Shown here in pieces: positions 1 through 9,112 of a DNA stretch of 53,693 nt; the first letter of the stretch is position 1, and each line of letters opens with the position of its first letter. This DNA comes from a virus (Duplodnaviria; Caudoviricetes). A program made the position numbers and the translations under genes. The notes under the pieces are model-generated. The model ran no database searches. It was not told the DNA's origin and saw only the letters and a program-made list of their open reading frames with translations. The DNA is taken from positions 1-53,693 of IMG/VR virus record IMGVR_UViG_3300035682_001576. The stretch is one strand, 5' to 3'.

Positions 1-157
1 GTTCTAGAATTTCTGAATCTCTAACAGGATTATCGTCAATTCCCCAGTCAATATTAACTCGTTTAAACTTTTGTGATAGTTGTTCCGCCAACCATTGTTG
101 AATCATAGTCTTTCCGGATCCTGCAACTCCAGATATAGTGATTGTAATTTTTTTCAT
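1..157 (-). CDS. Partial P-loop NTPase/kinase (runs off the window's left edge)
   Basis: Manual translation MKKITITISGVAGSGKTMIQ... contains Walker A GxxGSGKT; its ATG overlaps the stop of ORF 154..408. Confidence 0.7.
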   Translation of the reverse strand, partial: MKKITITISGVAGSGKTMIQQWLAEQLSQKFKRVNIDWGIDDNPVRDSEILE

Positions 158-408
158 TCTTTAACTCCGAAACGTTTCTTCATTTCTGCAATAGCTTCAT
201 CACATCCGTGTACATATCCTCGTGAATAGTCACGGGCTGAGTCTGATATTCTAGCATCATACCATTCTTTAGCGCAGTTAATACAATCCCGAATAATCAG
301 CTCGGCGAACTTTTCTGTAAATTCTTTTGGGATATTTGCATCACTTTTATACACTGATTCATATTCATTGAATGCTTGTTCAGCAAGCTCTTGAATTCTT
401 TTGTTCAT
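154..408 (-). CDS. Small phage hypothetical protein (EKFAELI family)
   Basis: ORF track; paralogous to 405..641 (EKFAELI...C..C and FGVxE ends). Confidence 0.75.
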   Translation of the reverse strand: MNKRIQELAEQAFNEYESVYKSDANIPKEFTEKFAELIIRDCINCAKEWYDARISDSARDYSRGYVHGCDEAIAEMKKRFGVKE

Positions 409-641
409 TCTTCAACTCCGAAATGTTCTTTAATCTTATAACATAGTGCATAAGCCACACCTGCTTCCACTTTATCATCTTGCTCTTGAAACCAACGACC
501 GTCATCTCTACAAACATTGGCACATTCCTGAACAATCAACTCGGCAAATTTTTCCAGATTGAATTCGTTAGCAGCACCCAGCTCTCCGTCCCATGGTGGG
601 TTTGTAGACTGGTTCAATAGTTCTTTAAATTTCTCTTTCAT
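405..641 (-). CDS. Small phage hypothetical protein (EKFAELI family)
   Basis: ORF track, likely start MKEKF at 641; paralog of the previous ORF. Confidence 0.75.
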   Translation of the reverse strand: MKEKFKELLNQSTNPPWDGELGAANEFNLEKFAELIVQECANVCRDDGRWFQEQDDKVEAGVAYALCYKIKEHFGVEE

Positions 642-904
642 ATTCTTTTTCCACAAGCGTGTACTTTGTCTTTCAACAGACCACTACTGTATGCAGTTCT
701 CCAACCATGTGAAGTTTCTATCCACTTTAGATTTTCAAAATCACAAATTCTACACTTGACTGGTCTAGGTTCATTATGATTATAAAATGTCTGATTGGAA
801 CGCCGGCGACTTCGGCCACTGCTCCACTCACCCTGTTCCTAATCATCACGATATTCTTCACCAAAGAATTCATCACCGTTTAAATCACCAACAAACGGAA
901 ACAT
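638..904 (-). pseudogene. Putative zinc-binding small protein interrupted by an in-frame TAG at codon 22
   Basis: Manual translation MFPF...YRDD*EQGEW...VKCRICDFENLKW...GWR...VHACGKRI*; coupled to both neighbours (TAATG, ATGA). Confidence 0.55.
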
Positions 905-1095
905 TACCAAGCCTCTACACCGTTGACTTCGACCGTTATTGTGGCAGTATAATCTTTCACAAATGTTCCGCACGACAAGATCAATACTGATCCAATACCA
1001 CTTACACCTTCTTGTTTAAGAGTAAACTCTTCTATTCCAAGTTCAGTAACTATGTCTTTGATCTTTTTCAGATCGTCAATTGTTAGTCTAATCAT
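904..1095 (-). CDS. Hypothetical protein
   Basis: ORF track; fits the coupled minus-strand gene run. Confidence 0.65.
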   Translation of the reverse strand: MIRLTIDDLKKIKDIVTELGIEEFTLKQEGVSGIGSVLILSCGTFVKDYTATITVEVNGVEAW

Positions 1096-1124
1096 TCTTC
1101 AACTCCAAATTCATCTCGTTTCAA

Positions 1125-1295
1125 TTAGAGACGAGTTACAAACTTAAGACCTAAGGCCTTGTTACGAATAACACGAAGCTCAACACCGTACTTTTTGCAA
1201 GTGCGAATTGGAATGTCGGAATTATATTCAAACAGAAAGTGACTGCCCGGCTTTGCCTTGAGCAATTTCATTGTGGTATCGCCTACTTTAATCAT
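1125..1295 (-). CDS. Small hypothetical protein (56 aa, not in ORF track)
   Basis: MIKVGDTTMKLLKAKPGSHFLFEYNSDIPIRTCKKYGVELRVIRNKALGLKFVTRL, preceded by an AAAGGA SD. Confidence 0.55.
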   Translation of the reverse strand: MIKVGDTTMKLLKAKPGSHFLFEYNSDIPIRTCKKYGVELRVIRNKALGLKFVTRL

Positions 1296-1342
1296 AAAAA
1301 TATCCTTTTAGTGTTAATTTTGTCTATATTTGTTCGTTTATA

Positions 1343-2140
1343 TTACTTGCCAATCATCAAACCAGTCATATTGCTTGGAACAATAATGGTCTGAACTTTT
1401 CCGTTCTTAACTCCCTCAGAAATATTCAGTGCCGCTTGAGCGTTCATGTAAGCAATACTAGCAGAACTTTGATTTGTAAGTGCTGCCATACGGCGTGATT
1501 CTGCTTCGGCAGTTTTAACTTCAACTTCCTTTTGTAACAGTTCGTTCTTAGAACGTACCAATTCATTGGCACTAGCTACAACCGAATCTGCCGGAGTAAG
1601 AGCGCGAATAAGAACTTGACTTACTGTAATTGAACCAGCCAGATTTTCATCTGCCAATGTCTTGGCAATGATATCCTTCATATCTTGTTCCATTTGAGCA
1701 CGACTATCATTCATAGTCAATGCATCATACTTACGAGCGGCTTTGTATGCTGCATTTCGTGCGGCATTGAATATGTAGTTGTACATCAAGTAAGTATCGC
1801 CGTCATGGACAACGTGAAAACTACGATTCTTGCTCACATACAATTCACTAACTTGAGTGGGATTGATGTTATAGATAACAGTAACATCCATGTCTTTCAT
1901 AGTACTGTTATCTTGAGCCAAGGGAGTCATGTTGTCAATCTTAACCGATACATCACGAATTGGAAATGTAAGTACATCACCAATTAGTGTTTGATTAAAT
2001 GATCCCGGCAGCAATTCGCCTGGTTTTACCTGTTTGTCAAATCCAACACGTACACCGACTTCTCCGGTTTCAATACGAGTACATCCAACAGTGGTGGCAA
2101 TAAGAGCAGAAATAACTGCAAGTTTGAAAGTGCGATTCAT
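1343..2140 (-). CDS. SPFH/band-7 (prohibitin-like) lipoprotein
   Basis: Signal peptide with lipobox-like TVGC, then RIETGEVGVRV band-7 start and a C-terminal coiled coil; likely start MNRTFK. Confidence 0.85.
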   Translation of the reverse strand: MNRTFKLAVISALIATTVGCTRIETGEVGVRVGFDKQVKPGELLPGSFNQTLIGDVLTFPIRDVSVKIDNMTPLAQDNSTMKDMDVTVIYNINPTQVSELYVSKNRSFHVVHDGDTYLMYNYIFNAARNAAYKAARKYDALTMNDSRAQMEQDMKDIIAKTLADENLAGSITVSQVLIRALTPADSVVASANELVRSKNELLQKEVEVKTAEAESRRMAALTNQSSASIAYMNAQAALNISEGVKNGKVQTIIVPSNMTGLMIGK

Positions 2141-2148
2141 ATAATTCC

Positions 2149-2325
2149 TTAAAATAAAATAACAAAAGTGGTTAATACTACAATAGATAGCGCAGAACAT
2201 ACTGCGCTAATTGTTAAAAGTTTAGTCAATTTCCATGCTTTCTTTTTAGTAATTACTCTAATCCCGCCAATGCCGTAATAGAAAAAACAAAATAATACGG
2301 CAAAGGCTAATAATTATTTAATCAT
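2149..2325 (-). pseudogene. Small two-TM membrane protein with in-frame TAA at codon 4
   Basis: MIK*LLAFAVLFCFFYYGIGG...VVLTTFVILF*; its ATG overlaps the stop of the NAMPT-like gene. Confidence 0.45.
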
Positions 2326-3818
2326 TCTGCCGACACTCTGGCACGAATCGTTTCAATTGAATCATTGACAAGAATTTCACCATTTAGAAACACAGTCTTC
2401 AATTCACCGTTACGTTCACCTTCTACTGTAACACCATCAACTAAGATGTAATCACCTGATAGTGGGCTACGATGTACACATAACAAACCCTTGGCTGATT
2501 TCTTAGTACCAGAATCAGTTTTTGGATCTTTGAAAATCGCTACACCTTCACCATTAGTAACACGATGAGTAGCCTTCATGGCAAACCCAAGAGAGTCACG
2601 AGTGGCAAATTGATACGTGTACGAACCAATTCCAAATACAATGTTATCACTAGCGAAACCTTTAGCGGTCAATTTGACCAAGATAGCCTCACAACGTAAA
2701 ACTGTAATACTGTCACCGTAGATAAGACCAACACGTTGATTCAGTGTTTTGTAACCTTTGTCGTTAACTGTACCACCAAAGATTTCCCACAAACATTCAA
2801 CTGCCCCTTTGTGTTCAGGTGAACCCACTGGTGCATCAGGATCACCAGTAATAATTTTAACTGGATCACCCGAATCAGGACGAAACACAACTTTAGCCAA
2901 ACCAAGTGAATCTGGGACACGATTCAAAATATCGTCTTTAAGAATAGTGGCGTATGTAGTAATCACTTGGAAAAAGTCGTATGTATCTGATACAAGCGAA
3001 ACAACTCCACTTGGGTACTTACTCAAAATGTAGCGATACGTATCCAACTCAGCATCACGGCTTGAAGAACTCATTACGCTATGTTCTGAGGCAGGCACCG
3101 AACCACCAACAAAAGTTGATTTACCATTGTAGTAGTCGTTAATGTACTTTACTGCCGACAGTACATCAGTTCCAGTAAAACTTAGTAAGTGACCAGCGCC
3201 AGATTTGGCACCATCGGCAATACCTGACATTCCTCTCATAGAGAAGTCATGACCTTGCCATGTAACAAACTCTTTGCTTCCGCCAGTAAGATCAGCGTAT
3301 GAGTCGATAATTTTACGATATACACGAGCCATAGTGGCACTAGTTGAAGACTTCCACAATTCACTTGACAACCAAGTTTCTAGAAAGTTAGGCAACCAAA
3401 ATGCAGATGCAACTGTGTTAGTAACAGTTAATACTGGCACACCAATTGGTACTCGTGATCCTTCTGGCAGAGATTTAATTTCAAGTGGCAAATATCCAAT
3501 ACGATGTAATTCACGAATACGTTCGATATTGAAGCCGTTGGGTCCGACAAATGGAGCTACAAGTTCAAGAAACTCGGAACAAACTTCATCTTCTGGCAAA
3601 TCGAAAAATGTTTCTCGCCAAACTGCATTGAGTTCATGTAAGAAACCTTGTAAACCAAACCAAACAATTTTCTTGTCGGCTTTGTATTCATCAGGCACAT
3701 TGAAATGTGACATTGAACGTGGAGTAAAGTTTGAGTAAACTTTAGTAGTGCCTTCAGGGTACATTTCCCCGTGACCTAATTTGTAGGAATCCATTGAAGT
3801 AAGAGCGGTGATTTTCAT
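2322..3818 (-). CDS. nadV: Nicotinamide phosphoribosyltransferase-like (NadV/NAMPT; Namat of NARP1)
   Basis: Motifs DSYKxxH, HDFSMRG, ASEHSVM, VSDTYD, RPDSGDP, IYGDSIT, KDPKTDSGTKKSAKG. Confidence 0.93.
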   Translation of the reverse strand: MKITALTSMDSYKLGHGEMYPEGTTKVYSNFTPRSMSHFNVPDEYKADKKIVWFGLQGFLHELNAVWRETFFDLPEDEVCSEFLELVAPFVGPNGFNIERIRELHRIGYLPLEIKSLPEGSRVPIGVPVLTVTNTVASAFWLPNFLETWLSSELWKSSTSATMARVYRKIIDSYADLTGGSKEFVTWQGHDFSMRGMSGIADGAKSGAGHLLSFTGTDVLSAVKYINDYYNGKSTFVGGSVPASEHSVMSSSSRDAELDTYRYILSKYPSGVVSLVSDTYDFFQVITTYATILKDDILNRVPDSLGLAKVVFRPDSGDPVKIITGDPDAPVGSPEHKGAVECLWEIFGGTVNDKGYKTLNQRVGLIYGDSITVLRCEAILVKLTAKGFASDNIVFGIGSYTYQFATRDSLGFAMKATHRVTNGEGVAIFKDPKTDSGTKKSAKGLLCVHRSPLSGDYILVDGVTVEGERNGELKTVFLNGEILVNDSIETIRARVSAE

Positions 3819-3884
3819 TTTCTTTTCCTTTTCTTTAGTCTATGTAAATATTATATCAAAATACTGATTTATTGTCAAGTTTTA

Positions 3885-4697
3885 TCACATTGAGTGATTA
3901 AATGAGTCTAAATCAACGTTATTAATGTTGTTCATTGTGTGAATTTCATCAAAATCCTCAAGAAACACATCCAGACCTTTAGAGAAGATTCCGTGAGTAA
4001 CACACAGTACTAAGGTACCTTTAAACCCGCTATCACGAATTACTTTTGCCAATTCTATAAATGTTCGTCCACCGTCACAAATATCGTCAACGATAACAAC
4101 TCGTTCAAATCCAGAAAGTTTGGATCCATCAACTTCTGTCTTGACAATATGACCCGTAGCCACGTCGCGAATTTTCTTGGCTTCAACTACAGATTGACCA
4201 GTAGCCTCTGCCACTTTGTAAATTTTCTTGAGGGCGCCGGCATCAGGCGATACAATAACGGTTGTTTCTGATTTTGTCATGTCACGAATGGATTCAGCCC
4301 ACAAGTCGGCTTGTGTAACATTATGAAATACACCGGCTGGGAACATTGCGCCAGCTACATCACTGTGAATATCCCAAGTGGTAACTTTACTAAAATTACA
4401 CATTTTGATCATATCAATCGCAACTTGAAGTCCGAATGATTCGCCACTAGTCATAACACGATCTTGCCGACTAAATGGGAAATATGGAACAGACAGATTA
4501 ATGCCAATTTCTGGCCCATACATGTGTTTGAGTGCATTTACCGCCAACATCATATCCACCAAATCATCTGAACTCTTGAAATCCATACGCATTTGAATTG
4601 GCATACAATTTGTTTGCCCATCTGGTGTCAATTTTACTGAACGTTCCCCACCGGGAAATGTCCAGAATTTGTCGTCAAAACCTTGTACTGTGATCAT
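3885..4697 (-). CDS. prs: Ribose-phosphate pyrophosphokinase-like (Prs; Adps of NARP1)
   Basis: FPGGE, PYFPFSRQDR, DIHS, VSPDAGA, IVDDICDGGRTF, VTHGIFS motifs. Confidence 0.92.
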   Translation of the reverse strand: MITVQGFDDKFWTFPGGERSVKLTPDGQTNCMPIQMRMDFKSSDDLVDMMLAVNALKHMYGPEIGINLSVPYFPFSRQDRVMTSGESFGLQVAIDMIKMCNFSKVTTWDIHSDVAGAMFPAGVFHNVTQADLWAESIRDMTKSETTVIVSPDAGALKKIYKVAEATGQSVVEAKKIRDVATGHIVKTEVDGSKLSGFERVVIVDDICDGGRTFIELAKVIRDSGFKGTLVLCVTHGIFSKGLDVFLEDFDEIHTMNNINNVDLDSFNHSM

Positions 4698-4764
4698 AAT
4701 TTTCTCTTTTTTCAGTTTATAATATATTATACAGAATTATCAATTTAGTGTCAAGTGTTTTTTA

Positions 4765-5085
4765 TTAGAATGTATTCAATTTTGGATTAAATTCACGAAT
4801 CAATTCACGTTCACGACTATGAGCCGCTAAACGACCACGTACACTTTCAACAAATCCATAAGTAAAAGATTTTGATCCATGTTTACGAATTGATTCAGAT
4901 AATGCCCAACCCTTGTCTTCAGCCAAAGCACGTTGTACGTGTTTTTGAATACGGCGATGAAGTGTCTTTTTAATTCCGCCCACATTCTTAACAGTGATTC
5001 CGATATATTGATCACCTGTCACTATGTTATTAATAACATAGATTAAGTGAGTACAATCGTTTCTCCGTTTTCTTGTGACCGTCAT
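4765..5085 (-). CDS. Small GIY-YIG nuclease family protein
   Basis: LIYVI...YIGIT...R..KH...ERELI....P.LN pattern. Confidence 0.75.
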   Translation of the reverse strand: MTVTRKRRNDCTHLIYVINNIVTGDQYIGITVKNVGGIKKTLHRRIQKHVQRALAEDKGWALSESIRKHGSKSFTYGFVESVRGRLAAHSRERELIREFNPKLNTF

Positions 5086-5089
5086 ATTA

Positions 5090-5278
5090 TTAAAAGTCTC
5101 CGGCAAAGTAATCAACAGGCAATCCATACTTAGTACAAACCTCATCACGACTTAATACAACGCCGTCATGTTCAGACATCCAACGAATGGCTAATGGGCG
5201 AGTCATTAACCCCCACTCTATCAAATGAGCAATACTGTCTTCAAACATCTTAACAGCTTGAGTTTCTTTTGTAGTCAT
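5090..5278 (-). CDS. Hypothetical protein
   Basis: ORF track, AAGGAG SD. Confidence 0.65.
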   Translation of the reverse strand: MTTKETQAVKMFEDSIAHLIEWGLMTRPLAIRWMSEHDGVVLSRDEVCTKYGLPVDYFAGDF

Positions 5279-5281
5279 TGA

Positions 5282-5494
5282 CTACTCCTTAGTGTTAAAA
5301 GGATTTGTGACGTAACGAATGCCATTGCCATCATACAGACCACTTAAGTCCATCTTGGCATATATCTCTTGTAGTGGCCGACAGTATAGTAACAACTCAA
5401 TGTCAGTAATCAACCCAGTGTTGTACTGATTGATAACACTCAAGAGCTCTTTGTGAAGTACTTCAATGTGAGTGGGCTTTCTTACTTTAGTCAT
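5282..5494 (-). CDS. Hypothetical protein (tandem paralog A)
   Basis: Shares KELxSVxxQYxTGLxTDIELL...PFNTKE with the next ORF. Confidence 0.75.
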   Translation of the reverse strand: MTKVRKPTHIEVLHKELLSVINQYNTGLITDIELLLYCRPLQEIYAKMDLSGLYDGNGIRYVTNPFNTKE

Positions 5495-5497
5495 TGA

Positions 5498-5731
5498 CTA
5501 CTCCTTAGTGTTAAAGGGCGAGTAATTCTTAGGGTAACGTAACCCAGTGTTTGGGTCACACAACTCACTCAAATCAATTGAGGCATACAACTCTTTCAAC
5601 TTGTCACAACACTGAAGTAACTCAATGTCAGTAAGTAACCCAGTTGAGTACTGACTCACTACACTCATGAGCTCTTTATTAAGCTCTACGTTGTTGTACT
5701 GTTTCAAGTCCTTCTCCGTTTCATTAACCAT
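5498..5731 (-). CDS. Hypothetical protein (tandem paralog B)
   Basis: Paralog of 5282..5494; likely start MVNET, 6 nt after TATAAT. Confidence 0.7.
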   Translation of the reverse strand: MVNETEKDLKQYNNVELNKELMSVVSQYSTGLLTDIELLQCCDKLKELYASIDLSELCDPNTGLRYPKNYSPFNTKE

Positions 5732-5881
5732 ACATCTATTATAGGGTATATCTGATATAATGTCTACTAAAATCTTCTTAATGTTGCATAAAAACAACAC
5801 ATTTTATAGCGTTTTTGAGCGTTTTTTTAGCGTTTTTGATACTAGATGACATGAAATCAAAACAAATGGCTTAGGGAGCGG

Positions 5882-6106
5882 CTAAACCAGTCTGATAATC
5901 AAACCATGAGCGTAAATTAACATCATAACCACATTGACCGCTAAGATACTATACTCACGAATTCTTAGTGACCAAATGATCCAAAATACACTTCCAGCGT
6001 TTAGCAAATATATATTAAGTGGGTCAATTTTATAGCTAATAGCTAACGCTCCCAAGATGGTTAAAATCGTGGCAGTCCATTTTAAAAAGTTGTTTAATTT
6101 TATCAT
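5882..6106 (-). CDS. Small multi-TM membrane protein
   Basis: Three hydrophobic segments; ATG 6 nt after a TTGACA-N17-TATAAT promoter (6113-6141). Confidence 0.7.
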   Translation of the reverse strand: MIKLNNFLKWTATILTILGALAISYKIDPLNIYLLNAGSVFWIIWSLRIREYSILAVNVVMMLIYAHGLIIRLV

Positions 6107-6222
6107 AGACTGATTATATTATAAACTAGATTTATTGTCAAGTAAATTTAAGTGACAATATATTATAGTTATTTTTTATATCACTATCATAAGTAAATAA
6201 TAGTTCATTGATAAATAAAAAT

Positions 6223-6972
6223 ATGATTACTATACACGATTTATATACAGATCATTTATTATTATTATCGGCGAAACAATCTAATAAAAATTGGGCAGAA
6301 TCCGACTCAGAATCATTATATAAAGAAAATCTTAAAACACAATCGGAAGATTGGTATTATCGAACACATTCAATTACATATAAACACAACTCGAACAAAT
6401 ACAGATGTGCTGAATGGAATGATATAACTTGGAGTAATAGTTGGATTGTATTAGGATGTTCTAGTGTAGAAGGTATTGGTCTGGATGAATCTGACGTATT
6501 ATCTACCAGACTTTCTGAACTATTAGATAGTCCTGTAATAAATTTAGGTGTAGGCGGAACTGGAGCAGATGTTACATTGTTTAATAGTATACGATTAATT
6601 GATAAAAATATAAGACCAAAAGGAGTAATTATAATAAATGGCGATTTTACATTAACTCGGCTTTCATTATTTACATCGACAGGATCAATAGCCATTGGAA
6701 ATTGGAGTTTTGATAAAAAAATAAATCAAGGAAAATTTTCAAATTTGTATTCATTATGGACCAATGAAGCAGGACACGCAGAAACATATTCTTATATGTG
6801 TCTTAGAGGAGCAATTTCCATGTGGAAGACTGAAAACATACCAACATTTTATTTCAATATTGAACGAGATTTACCTAAAAAAAGTGACTTAGCAAGAGAT
6901 TTGTCACATTGGGGTAGAGAAACAATAAAATTGTGGGCAAAGTCTATTGTAAACACAATTATAATTCAGTAG
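6223..6972 (+). CDS. SGNH/GDSL-like hypothetical protein
   Basis: LGCSSVEGIG, INLGVGGTG, D..H motifs; paralog of 12114..12833. Confidence 0.6.
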   Translation: MITIHDLYTDHLLLLSAKQSNKNWAESDSESLYKENLKTQSEDWYYRTHSITYKHNSNKYRCAEWNDITWSNSWIVLGCSSVEGIGLDESDVLSTRLSELLDSPVINLGVGGTGADVTLFNSIRLIDKNIRPKGVIIINGDFTLTRLSLFTSTGSIAIGNWSFDKKINQGKFSNLYSLWTNEAGHAETYSYMCLRGAISMWKTENIPTFYFNIERDLPKKSDLARDLSHWGRETIKLWAKSIVNTIIIQ

Positions 6973-7001
6973 ATATTTTTAAATTGATCTATTATAAATA
7001 C

Positions 7002-7031
7002 AAAAAGCCCCAAACCGTTAGGAATGGGGCT
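7002..7031 (-). terminator. Rho-independent terminator
   Basis: AGCCCCA...TGGGGCT stem followed by a T run on the minus strand, just after ORF 7044..7535. Confidence 0.65.
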
Positions 7032-7043
7032 ATAAGTAATTCA

Positions 7044-7535
7044 TTAGGCTACCATTTGACGTTGATATTCGGTCAATGATTTGAATCTATCAGCCGCATA
7101 ACTGGCAGCAAATGCACGTGGTTTAACCAATGGTATAACTCCACACATGCCTTTGATATATCCCATAGCTTCGTTTACTACGATACTACTATTATGAAGT
7201 TCATTTGGATTAATATCTAAGTGAACTTCAATGTCATGTGCCACAACTTTACTCAATGTAAGATACAAATCCGCAATTTTATAAACTTCTGTCATTAGAC
7301 GCATACGTGGTTTATTAGATTGTTGATCATAGTCACGTTCTCTATTAACGGCACCAAAAATCTTACATCCGTTATTGCCATTAACGTGTACTACAACTGC
7401 GGTAATATAGTCGGCATACCAGACATTATTCAATTGAAATCGTTCACTATCACAACCAATATAAATCTTGGTGTCAGTGTCACAAGTTTCCAGAAATGCT
7501 ACTACTTCGTCTATATCTATTTGTTTCTTATACAT
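7044..7535 (-). CDS. RNase H-like YkuK/DUF458 family protein
   Basis: IYIGCDS...RLMTEV...EVHLDIN...KPxAFAASYAAD. Confidence 0.8.
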   Translation of the reverse strand: MYKKQIDIDEVVAFLETCDTDTKIYIGCDSERFQLNNVWYADYITAVVVHVNGNNGCKIFGAVNRERDYDQQSNKPRMRLMTEVYKIADLYLTLSKVVAHDIEVHLDINPNELHNSSIVVNEAMGYIKGMCGVIPLVKPRAFAASYAADRFKSLTEYQRQMVA

Positions 7536-7541
7536 GATACT

Positions 7542-7811
7542 CTACCTTTTATGTTTATTAAAACCTCTGTTCTTTTTCTGTGGACGATTAAGAGCTTTAA
7601 TTAAATAATCTCGTTTAACTAATCCACTTTCAATATCGGCAACCGCTTGTTGTGTTGGTGTCAATTGTTTTTTATATTCACCAAGAATATAAAGTCCTGA
7701 TTCTGAATATTTACTATAACGAATCTCTCTGATTTCTCTGGCTCGTGCTGCAGCCATTAATACTGTTTCATAAAGATTAATACTTGTACCAATTACTCTA
7801 TCGTGTTTCAT
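7542..7811 (-). CDS. rpoZ: RNA polymerase omega subunit (RpoZ)-like protein
   Basis: NLYETVLMAAARAREI and TPTQQAVADIESG resemble RpoZ NRFxLVLxAAxRARQL and KPTxxALxEIxxG. Confidence 0.65.
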   Translation of the reverse strand: MKHDRVIGTSINLYETVLMAAARAREIREIRYSKYSESGLYILGEYKKQLTPTQQAVADIESGLVKRDYLIKALNRPQKKNRGFNKHKR

Positions 7812-7823
7812 ATATTTCCTTTA

Positions 7824-8390
7824 TTAATTGTCTTCTAAATTATCTACTACAATCCAACCTAGTTTTAGTAAATCTTTTCTAATCTCGTCAGTAACTACAC
7901 TTTCTGGAACATACTCACGCTTATCTTCATCTAGTTCAGGTATATATCCATCTAAACCGTAACCATCTTCTTGACTACCAATGCCGCTACAGTACCAATC
8001 AATGTAATCACCCTCTTGTCTCATATTGGAAATGATTCCACCAGCACTACGCCAACTGGCTGACCAATAATTTTCTTTTAAGATTTGAATTACATCTTCT
8101 TTTATAAAATCATTATTACATATTGCGGCATAAAGATTTTGGGCATAGTTATCGCTATTTCTAACTTTTTTTAGAATCCAATCTGTGGTTCTTAAATCCC
8201 ATTCCATGTTATTCTTTTTCCAAGTTGGATCAGATTCATGTTCAAGATCAAGTTTATCCCAACTTTCATACCAATCTATCATACTTTTTACCGTTGGATC
8301 AGTCATACTTTTCCCTTTCTCTATAGCACGTTTAATATAATTATTTTTTTGAAATGTATTTCTGTTTGGACTTTTGCTAAGTTTAGTCAT
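7824..8390 (-). CDS. Conserved phage hypothetical protein
   Basis: ORF track; YAQNLYAAxCNN...WRSAGGIxxxxRxEGDYIDWYCSG. Confidence 0.75.
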   Translation of the reverse strand: MTKLSKSPNRNTFQKNNYIKRAIEKGKSMTDPTVKSMIDWYESWDKLDLEHESDPTWKKNNMEWDLRTTDWILKKVRNSDNYAQNLYAAICNNDFIKEDVIQILKENYWSASWRSAGGIISNMRQEGDYIDWYCSGIGSQEDGYGLDGYIPELDEDKREYVPESVVTDEIRKDLLKLGWIVVDNLEDN

Positions 8391-8448
8391 AATAAGTAAG
8401 TATACTCTAATTAATATAATATGTCAAATGTTATGGATAAATAATTTA

Positions 8449-9108
8449 ATGAAAACAATGTTAATAACAGGTACTAGTCGTGGAATTGGACTTGGTTGTG
8501 CCAAGAAATTTTCCAATACATATAATATAGTTGGTATTTCCAGAACTCCTGGTGAATTTGTAACTGATGTTGGTGATTTAACTGATAATGATTTTAGACT
8601 ATCTATAATAGAAAAATACAACCCAGACATATTTATCAACAATGCTGGTATAGGTGGATCATCAGTTAAACCTATTTTAGATACAAATTCTGTAGCTTCT
8701 ATAGATTTGCTCATCAACTTTTTTAAAAAAATGAAGTCTGGATCTGATATTATAAACATTAGTAGTTACTCAGGATGGCAACAAGGAAATGCCAATTGGT
8801 CATTGCCTTTAATAATTTATAGTGCCTCTAAACATGCACTAAGTGCCGCAAGTCAAATGTTGGCATCTAAACAAGAACAAATAAGAGTAATGACCTTAGA
8901 ACCTCAAGTTATTGAAACTAGAATGACCAATAGAGATTATCTAACAAATCCTGTAGATCAGAGTGTATACGATAATTTTGATGGAACACGAAAAGCACCA
9001 ATGAAAGTTGAGTATATAGTAGATGTTATTGAATGGATGATTTCACAACCTAGATGGGTAAATGTTCAGACACTTAGATTAACCAACAGTTACAAATATA
9101 ATATATAA
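8449..9108 (+). CDS. Short-chain dehydrogenase/reductase (SDR)
   Basis: TGTSRGIG, NNAG, NISS and YSASK catalytic motif. Confidence 0.9.
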   Translation: MKTMLITGTSRGIGLGCAKKFSNTYNIVGISRTPGEFVTDVGDLTDNDFRLSIIEKYNPDIFINNAGIGGSSVKPILDTNSVASIDLLINFFKKMKSGSDIINISSYSGWQQGNANWSLPLIIYSASKHALSAASQMLASKQEQIRVMTLEPQVIETRMTNRDYLTNPVDQSVYDNFDGTRKAPMKVEYIVDVIEWMISQPRWVNVQTLRLTNSYKYNI

Positions 9109-9112
9109 TGAT

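Noticed and set aside
638-904. Genome-wide TAG recoding
   Set aside because: Long genes are uninterrupted in code 11, several end in TAG (e.g. rIIB and the phosphoesterase), and no CUA suppressor tRNA was seen.
1685-3738. Plus-strand ORFs opposite the SPFH and NAMPT-like genes (and similar ones opposite rtcB and rIIA)
   Set aside because: Antisense shadows of well-supported minus-strand genes.
5808-5837. AGCGTTTTT x3 as origin or packaging iterons
   Set aside because: Only three short low-complexity copies with no supporting context.
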